DNA from: Candidatus Avigastranaerophilus sp.
Lineage (GTDB): Bacteria > Muiribacteriota > Ozemobacteria > Ozemobacterales > Ozemobacteraceae
DNA length: 64,000 nt
Direction of reading: 5' to 3'
Assembly: GCA_045599645.1 (NCBI GenBank)
Contig: JAZRWI010000112.1
Location: 4,566-68,565, forward strand
Made by a program: the position numbers and the translations under genes. Of this stretch, positions 57,027-64,000 are shown in pieces. Every line of letters starts with the position of its first letter. Within the stretch, counting starts at the first letter, position 1. The notes beneath the pieces are model-generated. The model was not told the origin of the DNA, did not search any database, and was given only the letters and a program-made list of their open reading frames with translations.

Positions 57027-58355
57027 TTATTGTTCTGAGAACTTGAAATACAACTCGCCATAAGAGCGATTATTGCTGGGGATTCCGAATTCATAATAGA
57101 ATTTATCATGATAAAGAGTGTAACCGTTTACTTCAAAGAATTTGTATGGTTTACCGGTAATTCTATCAATCGGTAATGATTGCCCAAACCATTTTTCTAA
57201 TTCTTCCATAGAAGCAGGAACACGTCCGTTTTCTGCATGGAAGGAATTGTAGGCCAGAGCAATTGCGGTAAATTCCATTTTTGCGAGTTTCATTTCGACA
57301 GAAGCAATAAAGCTGTTGAAGTCAGGAATCATAAGCACTAATTCATTTCCAATATCAATTATGGGGAAGAATGTCGTATATAATATTGCTGCTATTCCTT
57401 TTTTTGATCTTGAAGGATCATTTATATCATCATAAAAAACCTTAAAATATTTTTGTAATTCATTTTTATATTCATAGTATTTTTTATTATCTATACTTTC
57501 CATGAATTCCGTATAAATTTTCGATTTGCTTTTCCATTCACTACTTAATAAAGCCAATATTGCAGAAATATTACAACGTTTTGCCAGGCTTTTTACATAA
57601 CGTTCAAATATTAGTAACTGTAGTTTCATAGATTCGGAAACTGGTGGTTCATTTGCCACCAACAGAAGCAGGTCTTTTGCCAGCAATTTACTATATTTTG
57701 CAGAATTTTTCTGTGGCTTTTCAGCCCATTGAAGCAATTCATTAATTGAAGCTGATACATAATTGCTGCACAGTAATCTATAAAGCTGAAGCATACCAGT
57801 CTGGTAATTATTCTGAGAATCTAAGGCTATATAAATGGGTGCATAGGCAGTGAGTAATGATTCTGTATCGAAACCTTCCCGTCTCAAAAGAATGCTTACA
57901 TGAGCCCACATTCTTGCAGTTGTCCTAAAAATCACAGACTTAGGCATACCCGGTAGTTTGTTTAATTCATCGAAACTGCGTTTATTATATTCCTTAGGTT
58001 CGTCTATGCGACTTAAAACATACTTAGGAAAATCAGTTTTATATTTTCCATAGTTTTCAGGGATAAAATCATCTTTGCGTTTACCCTGCCTGTCAGTTTG
58101 TTCATTTCTTGTTTTTGCAGTAACGGTTCTATCTGTAAGTTTAAATTCTAGATTTCTATCATCTGAATAGTATTCTCTTACATCTTCCGGGATAGCATCT
58201 ATTTTTTGAAATTCTTTGTCAAAGAAAGCAGTTTTAATCTGGCCTTCCGAACTATAAAATGCTTTCAAGAAAGCTATTTTCTGATAATGTAGTATTATTC
58301 CGGCAAAAAAGAAGAATAAAAATATTCCCCAAAATATCATTCTTTTACGTGACAT
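57027..58355 (-). CDS. Hypothetical N-terminally membrane-anchored alpha-helical protein (442 aa), no recognisable domain
   Basis: Single N-terminal TM (IFWGIFLFFFFAGIIL); the rest is helical and K/E-rich with no motif hit. Confidence 0.5.
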   Translation of the reverse strand: MSRKRMIFWGIFLFFFFAGIILHYQKIAFLKAFYSSEGQIKTAFFDKEFQKIDAIPEDVREYYSDDRNLEFKLTDRTVTAKTRNEQTDRQGKRKDDFIPENYGKYKTDFPKYVLSRIDEPKEYNKRSFDELNKLPGMPKSVIFRTTARMWAHVSILLRREGFDTESLLTAYAPIYIALDSQNNYQTGMLQLYRLLCSNYVSASINELLQWAEKPQKNSAKYSKLLAKDLLLLVANEPPVSESMKLQLLIFERYVKSLAKRCNISAILALLSSEWKSKSKIYTEFMESIDNKKYYEYKNELQKYFKVFYDDINDPSRSKKGIAAILYTTFFPIIDIGNELVLMIPDFNSFIASVEMKLAKMEFTAIALAYNSFHAENGRVPASMEELEKWFGQSLPIDRITGKPYKFFEVNGYTLYHDKFYYEFGIPSNNRSYGELYFKFSEQ

Positions 58356-58547
58356 GGTTAATTCCCCGTTACTTTAAAGATTTTTCTTATCGCCTAAGAA
58401 AGCTTGGTTTTATCTTTCTGTTTCATAGATAACAGAATATTCTTTCTCGTTATCTAAATACTCACCAACATAATGCATGCCTATTGATTTCGCCGTGCAA
58501 ACTGACGGTATATTTTCTTTTTTCATGTAAATATTTCCTCAAAACCT

Positions 58548-61283
58548 TTAACTTTGGCGTAAAATAACTAAAGTCAACGGTTCCAATTCTATTGATGAAA
58601 TGGTTACTTTAATTCCTTCCGGGTTAGCAATAGAAGAAATACCAGCCTTATTTGCATCAGCAATAACTTCAGCATTTGTCAAATCATCAGAAAGAGTAAA
58701 TTTCCTGCTTTGCTTATCACCGTTTGCAAAAATATAATAAGTCTTATTTTCATTCACAGAATGGCAGCTATAAGCTATTGCCAAATCTTCTTCCTTAATT
58801 TCAGGAATTTCCAATAGTTTCATATTTGCATCAACAGCTTCATTAGAACCTAATCTGAAAACATCTGTTGCTCGTCTTAAAGCAATCATTCCCTTGGAAT
58901 ATTCCACTGTTTTTACACATTCCGGGTATTTTTCTACATTGGTTGCCTTTTCCCAGTCGAATTTATTTATCGCATCAGAAGAAGCATAGGAATCACGGAT
59001 AAAATATGGGTGCATAAAAGGTTTATCATCTTTATCAGCAAACTTAACCCACTTTTGTTCTGGTTCACCAAAGGTCAGCCATTGCTTTGTCTTTCCATAT
59101 TCCAAGCCTGCCTGGAATAATATTGTTCCTTGAGCAGTAAGAATCAGACCAATCCCCATTCTCAACCTACGCTGTAATTCAGCATATTTTTCTGGAACTT
59201 CAGGATCAAGCCCTGTAGCCTTTGCGATACTGTCGAAGGCTGTCATATTATCGTGTGCTTCGATATACTGAACAGCAGAACCCGGGGAAGATGTCTTAAA
59301 GCCTGTTGGCTGCCCCTTAAGATTAGCAAACAGCTTTGCAATTTTTCTAGCTCCACCGCTTATAAACCTTGGGTCGCCTTCACCAAAATGCAGATAGCCA
59401 GACTTTATTTCGTCACGGATTTCATCATTATAACCGCCAACATCCTTTGTTTTATATAGCCAGTCAAGATCTGCCATTTTATCTGCCAGAGCTGGTTCTG
59501 CCTGCAAAACAGATGTAGTTTTATATGCTTCACCAATAAAAATAGCGTCCGGATTAATTCTTCTGACTTCATTGAAGCTGTTTTGAACGACTTCAGCAAC
59601 AGCATCACCCATCATATCCCAGCGCATACCATCAATTCCATATTCCCTGAACCAAAATTTTACGGAATCAACAATAAGCTTGGCAGCCATTTTGTGAGTT
59701 GTGGCTACATTATTGCCAAAAGCGCCTACCAGATTGCCATTGGAATCTTTAAAGAAATAATAATCAGGTATAATATTATTCAAAAATACTGTATTTGCCA
59801 TGTGGGTATAAACGGCATCAAGAATAACCCCAATACCTTCTTTATGGGCGGCATTAATAAATTCTCTTAATTCATTTATACGAAGTTCGGCATCTGCAGG
59901 ATTTTCAGAATATGCGCCATCTGGTGTGAAATAATTCTGAGGGTCATAACCCCAGTTATAATTACAATTTTTGGATTTATATGCATATTCCGGCTCATCC
60001 ATTTTTGTTTCATCGCCATAATACCAGGACATAACCGGTAATAATTCAATATGGGTAAAACCAAGACTCTTAACATAAGGTAACTGCCCTATCAAAGCTT
60101 TAAAGCTGCTGAATCTTCCTGAGCGTTTATCGTTTAAATTCTGGTCAGAGGTAAAATCTCTGACATGAACTTCGTAAATTATTGCATCTTCTCTTCTACT
60201 GTAACCGGCAATCTTCACAGTTGTTTTTTCTGTAGTTATAGCCTTCATATCAATTATGGCAGCCTTACCAACGAAATCACCACTGGAACCGGCACTTACA
60301 GCACCAGCATTTACAGTAACAGGCGCCATAGATTTTGCATACGGGTCTAAGCACTTCAAGGGTTCCTTGCCAGGATTCTTTATTTCAAACTGATAATAAT
60401 ATCCGATTAAAGAATTAATTTTCTTTCCGGCAATTTCTACATCTCTTAGAGTAATTCTGCAGGACCATACACCTCTGTCACCCATTGTCATAGGCTTTTG
60501 AAGCATTAATTTTGTCTGTTCCAATTTATCATAAATACAGAGAGTCACAGATTCTGCCAATGGGCTCCAAACCTTAATTATGGCATCATCGCCAACAACC
60601 GTGCAGCCAAGATCATCGCCATCATAAGCAAATTCTCTATCTATAAAACGCCAATCAACAGTCGTTTCAACCTGTCTGTCATCAAATGCAACCTGCAAAG
60701 GTAAATAGCTCAATAAATCAGAATTAATTTTTATATTAATTTCTGTTTTTTCTAATACGCTTACAGAAGCAACTTTAAGACTTTCTCCATAATTATTTTT
60801 TACAATAATATTTTTCGCGAGTATTTCAGCATCTAATCCTTCCATAGAGCTGAATACTGCTTTTATTGTATTTTTATCTGTAATTATTGCCTGCCTGAGC
60901 TGTGGCTTAATCTTTAAATCATGGCTATCATATACATTCTTATCACCAGCAACAACATATACATTTCTGTTGCTACCAAGATAAACAGTATTATTGGCTT
61001 CAAGCTGCCTTGCTTCCTTGATATTGAGAATCAGAAAGCTTACTTTAGAAGGCCTCTGATTTAATTCAATATCAAAATATATCCCAAAATCATCATTACC
61101 AGTCGGCTTTGTTGCACCATCAGGCCAGTTAACAGAAAGCTGTTTTACATCCTCCCAAAACCAGATTCCTAAGTTATCGTAATTTTTGTCTGGTCTGGAA
61201 TAATGAATTCTTAAAACATTATTCTGAATTTTATCTGATTTTTTGAATATATTTTTTAATAAGCTTGAAATAGCCATAAACAC
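58548..61283 (-). CDS. pulA: Type I pullulanase (GH13), no signal peptide; paralog 1
   Basis: YNWGYDPQNYF, GVILDAVYTHM, GIDGMRWDMMG, IGEAY and VQYIEAHDN conserved regions of GH13 pullulanases; N-terminal CBM-like beta domains. Confidence 0.85.
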   Translation of the reverse strand: MFMAISSLLKNIFKKSDKIQNNVLRIHYSRPDKNYDNLGIWFWEDVKQLSVNWPDGATKPTGNDDFGIYFDIELNQRPSKVSFLILNIKEARQLEANNTVYLGSNRNVYVVAGDKNVYDSHDLKIKPQLRQAIITDKNTIKAVFSSMEGLDAEILAKNIIVKNNYGESLKVASVSVLEKTEINIKINSDLLSYLPLQVAFDDRQVETTVDWRFIDREFAYDGDDLGCTVVGDDAIIKVWSPLAESVTLCIYDKLEQTKLMLQKPMTMGDRGVWSCRITLRDVEIAGKKINSLIGYYYQFEIKNPGKEPLKCLDPYAKSMAPVTVNAGAVSAGSSGDFVGKAAIIDMKAITTEKTTVKIAGYSRREDAIIYEVHVRDFTSDQNLNDKRSGRFSSFKALIGQLPYVKSLGFTHIELLPVMSWYYGDETKMDEPEYAYKSKNCNYNWGYDPQNYFTPDGAYSENPADAELRINELREFINAAHKEGIGVILDAVYTHMANTVFLNNIIPDYYFFKDSNGNLVGAFGNNVATTHKMAAKLIVDSVKFWFREYGIDGMRWDMMGDAVAEVVQNSFNEVRRINPDAIFIGEAYKTTSVLQAEPALADKMADLDWLYKTKDVGGYNDEIRDEIKSGYLHFGEGDPRFISGGARKIAKLFANLKGQPTGFKTSSPGSAVQYIEAHDNMTAFDSIAKATGLDPEVPEKYAELQRRLRMGIGLILTAQGTILFQAGLEYGKTKQWLTFGEPEQKWVKFADKDDKPFMHPYFIRDSYASSDAINKFDWEKATNVEKYPECVKTVEYSKGMIALRRATDVFRLGSNEAVDANMKLLEIPEIKEEDLAIAYSCHSVNENKTYYIFANGDKQSRKFTLSDDLTNAEVIADANKAGISSIANPEGIKVTISSIELEPLTLVILRQS

Positions 61284-61345
61284 ACCTGTTTATTTGCCGT
61301 CCGAATACTCGGACAGCTTTGATAGTGGACTCGGATGAGTAGTAA

Positions 61346-64000
61346 TTATTTTTTTATAATTGCTACTGTTAATGGTTCTAAAACGATTGAATCAGACTTA
61401 AAAACAATACCCTTTGGATTTTCTATTGCTTTAACACCTGATTTTTCTGCGTCAACGAGAACCGAAGCCCCTGTTAAATCTTCTGTTAAAGTGAATTTTC
61501 TCTGTTTTGCATCACAATTTGCAAAAACATAGTAAACATCACCAGTTTCAACAGAACGGCAGCTATATGCAATAGCCAGGTCTTCCTTTTTAATTTCAGG
61601 AATTTCCAGCAGCTTAACATTATCGTCAACAGCTTCAATAGTACCAAGTCTGAAAGCGTCTGTAGATTTTCTAAGAGCAATTAATCCCTTTGCATATTCA
61701 ACGGTTGCAACGCTGACAGGAGATTTTTCTGCATTCATAGCTCTGAGCCAGTCAAATTTATTTACTGCGTCAGAAGAGTCATATGAGTCATGAATGAAAT
61801 AAGGATGTTTAAATGGATTGCCATTCTTATCAGACAATTCATGATATTTCTGTTCAGGAACACCGTCAGTTAGCCACTGCTTAGTGCGGCCATATTCCTG
61901 ACCGGCATGAATAAATGCAGTTCCCTGAGAGGTCAATACAAATGCCAAGCCAAGACGTGCTCTCTTATGCAATTCAGCATAGTTCTGAGAGTTTTCCGGA
62001 TCAAGTTTAGTAGCCTGAGCAATGCAGTCAAATGAAGTCAGGTTGTCATGAGCTTCAATATACTGAACAACAGAACCAGGAGATGAAGTCTTGAAATTAG
62101 TTGGCTGGCCTTTAATATTATTGAAAATCAGCTCAATGCTTCTTGCGCCACCAGTTAAGAATCTTGGTTCACCTTCACTACCAAAACCGGATTTCATTTC
62201 GTTGCGCATTTCATCGCTGAAAGCACCAACATCCATGGTTTTGCACATCCAATCCTGATCAGCACCTTTTCCTGCCAGAGCAGAATCTTCCTGATTACCC
62301 TTGAAGGTTCTCCAGCCTTCACCAATAAATATTGCCTTGGGATTAATTTCCTTTGCTGCGTCATAGCAAGCCTGAACAGCATCAGCAGTAGCATCGCCCA
62401 TCATATCCCAGCGCATGCCATCAATTCCGTATTCCCTGAACCAATGCTTAACAGAATCGGTCATAAGCTTTAAAGCCATTTTTCTGTTAGTAGCCAGGTT
62501 ATTTCCGAAATCGCCTACAAAATTACCGTTCTGGTCTTTAAAGAAATAATAGTCTGGAACTATGTTATTCAAGAAGGTTGCATTGGCCATGTGGGTATAA
62601 ACAACGTCAAGAATTACGCCCATTCCGGCTTCGTGGATTGCATTAATTAATTCGCGCAATTCAGCTATTCTTAATTCAGCATCTTCCGGGTTTTCTGAAT
62701 AAGCACCGTCCGGGGAAAAATAGTTCTGAGGGTCATAACCCCAGTTATAATTACAGTTGCGAGCCTTATAGGTGTATTCAGGTTCACCCATTTTATATTC
62801 ATCCCCGTAAAGCCATGCCATTACTGGGAGCAACTGAACATGGGTTACACCAAGCTTTTTGAGATAAGGCAGACGACCGATAAATGCCTTAAAGCTACCG
62901 AATCTACCAGTAAGATTTTTGGCTATTCTTGGGTCTGAAGTAAAATCTCTTACATGGACTTCATAAATAATAGCGTCTTCTCGGCGGTTATAGCCCTTAA
63001 TATCGGCCTTTGTAACACCTGGTTTAATATCTTTGATATTTACGATGGCAGCTTTTCCCATCAAATCATCACTTTCGCCGCCGTCGGAAGCATTAGGATT
63101 TACAGTTACAGGAGCCATAGACTTCGCATAAGGATCAAGCGCCTTAACAACTTCGCGGCCAGGATTCTTGATTTCATACTGGTAATAGCAGCCTCTGAGG
63201 GAATCAACCTTACCAGCCATGTCTTCCAGGCTGACCTTTATTGCCCATACTCCCCTATCCTCGCGGTTCATTGTCTTCTTGGTAATGAAAGTATTCTGGG
63301 AATCCTTGCTATAGAAGCAAACAGAAACTTCCTCAGCCAATGGAGCCCAAAGCTTAATTACTGCTTCGTCATTTACCATGTTGCAGCCAAGGTCGTCACC
63401 GTCATATGCATAAACATCATCAATAAAACGCCAATCAAGAGCTGATGACAGGTTTCTTACACCATAATTCAAAACCAAAGGAAGCTTATCTGTAATTTTT
63501 CTGACGGTCTTAATTTCAACATCATAGCCTTCCAGAACAGTTACAGATTCTATTTCAACAGGCTTCTTGTCAGAATCGGTAATATTTATTTCCTTTGCAA
63601 GCTTCTGAGCGTCCAAACCATCTTTTACGTTAAAAGTAACTCTTATTGTGTCTTCACCAATAATCATTGCTTTTTTCATGGTAGCTGTAAAGGTTAAATC
63701 CGGACTGTCATAAATATTGCTGTCGTTAGCGCGGAGATACACATCGCGACTGTCTGTAAGATAAACAGTTCTGTTATCTTCCAGCTTGTTTCCATCTTTT
63801 GTATTCAAAATAAGAAAACTAACCTGTGAAGGCTTTGAATTTAATTCAACTTCAAAATAAGCGCCAAATGAATCTTTACCAGCTATCTTTGTTGCACCTG
63901 TAGGCCAGTCTCTGGAAGGATTCTTAACATGATCCCAAAGCCAGATACCAAGATTATCATAGGCCATATCCGGTCTGGAATAATGTATTTTTAATATATC
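61346..64000 (-). CDS. pulA: Type I pullulanase (GH13), paralog 2, N-terminus runs off the window
   Basis: Same motifs (YNWGYDPQNYF, GVILDVVYTHM, GIDGMRWDMMG, IGEGW, VQYIEAHDN). The reading frame continues past 63967 to the window edge, matching LRIHYSRPD of paralog 1. Confidence 0.85.
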   Translation of the reverse strand, partial: DILKIHYSRPDMAYDNLGIWLWDHVKNPSRDWPTGATKIAGKDSFGAYFEVELNSKPSQVSFLILNTKDGNKLEDNRTVYLTDSRDVYLRANDSNIYDSPDLTFTATMKKAMIIGEDTIRVTFNVKDGLDAQKLAKEINITDSDKKPVEIESVTVLEGYDVEIKTVRKITDKLPLVLNYGVRNLSSALDWRFIDDVYAYDGDDLGCNMVNDEAVIKLWAPLAEEVSVCFYSKDSQNTFITKKTMNREDRGVWAIKVSLEDMAGKVDSLRGCYYQYEIKNPGREVVKALDPYAKSMAPVTVNPNASDGGESDDLMGKAAIVNIKDIKPGVTKADIKGYNRREDAIIYEVHVRDFTSDPRIAKNLTGRFGSFKAFIGRLPYLKKLGVTHVQLLPVMAWLYGDEYKMGEPEYTYKARNCNYNWGYDPQNYFSPDGAYSENPEDAELRIAELRELINAIHEAGMGVILDVVYTHMANATFLNNIVPDYYFFKDQNGNFVGDFGNNLATNRKMALKLMTDSVKHWFREYGIDGMRWDMMGDATADAVQACYDAAKEINPKAIFIGEGWRTFKGNQEDSALAGKGADQDWMCKTMDVGAFSDEMRNEMKSGFGSEGEPRFLTGGARSIELIFNNIKGQPTNFKTSSPGSVVQYIEAHDNLTSFDCIAQATKLDPENSQNYAELHKRARLGLAFVLTSQGTAFIHAGQEYGRTKQWLTDGVPEQKYHELSDKNGNPFKHPYFIHDSYDSSDAVNKFDWLRAMNAEKSPVSVATVEYAKGLIALRKSTDAFRLGTIEAVDDNVKLLEIPEIKKEDLAIAYSCRSVETGDVYYVFANCDAKQRKFTLTEDLTGASVLVDAEKSGVKAIENPKGIVFKSDSIVLEPLTVAIIKK

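Noticed and set aside
37722-58355. Searched the accessory island for an integrase, transposase, tRNA or CRISPR array that would explain its mobility
   Set aside because: No tyrosine/serine recombinase or DDE transposase motifs, no tRNA-like cloverleaf sequence and no repeat-spacer arrays were found. The island boundaries are inferred only from composition, the duplicated eamA end and TA fragments.
58416-58532. Possible 38-aa minus-strand small ORF (MKKENIPSVCTAKSIGMHYVGEYLDNEKEYSVIYETER) just upstream of pullulanase copy 1
   Set aside because: No convincing RBS or conserved motif. It could be a leader peptide but evidence is insufficient, so it is not reported as a feature.

Overview
This 64 kb window comes from a bacterial chromosome with moderate-to-low GC content and mostly minus-strand coding. 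It splits into a core region (1 to about 37.7 kb) and an accessory region (about 37.7 to 58.4 kb), followed by two tandem pullulanase genes (58.5 to 64 kb). I cannot assign the organism from the sequence.

Core region, in order:
- A long minus-strand operon (9796 to 2593): zinc-ribbon/TerB protein, Fe-dependent alcohol dehydrogenase, YegS/DagK-like lipid kinase, an acidic membrane protein, a GerW/YtfJ-family protein, and a cNMP-binding::ParA/MinD-like ATPase fusion.
- An HU gene with a consensus sigma70 promoter.
- A PP2C phosphatase / TPR protein / Hanks Ser-Thr kinase module.
- ybaB.
- A giant 2956-aa surface protein with Ig-like repeats, a ~420-aa internal tandem duplication and a T9SS-type C-terminal sorting domain.
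- A partial dcw cluster (ftsL-like, rsmH, ftsI, murE, murF, mraY).
- A secreted C11 clostripain-like peptidase.
- ttcA, yccF and an EamA transporter.

Accessory region (a mosaic defence island), in order:
- An AT-rich insertion carrying a choloylglycine-hydrolase-like gene, an orphan LeuA-like synthase and a DUF4143 ATPase. It is flanked on its far side by a degenerate duplicate of the eamA 3' end.
- A hipBA toxin-antitoxin module.
- A decayed RelB/DinJ-VapC locus.
- A four-gene operon on the minus strand: DUF499 AAA+ ATPase, DUF3780 protein, DUF1156 N6-adenine methyltransferase, PLD-nuclease::SNF2-helicase fusion. This has the methylase/ATPase/helicase core of a BREX/Pgl-related system but no PglZ, BrxA or BrxL in the window. 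I consider it the most interesting candidate system here.
- An XRE regulator sharing a palindrome-bearing divergent promoter with that operon.
- A second DUF4143 ATPase.
- An intact XRE-DUF4065 antitoxin/toxin pair. Two sequence fragments of this module are scattered elsewhere in the island.

No rRNA, tRNA, CRISPR array, integrase or transposase is visible in the window.
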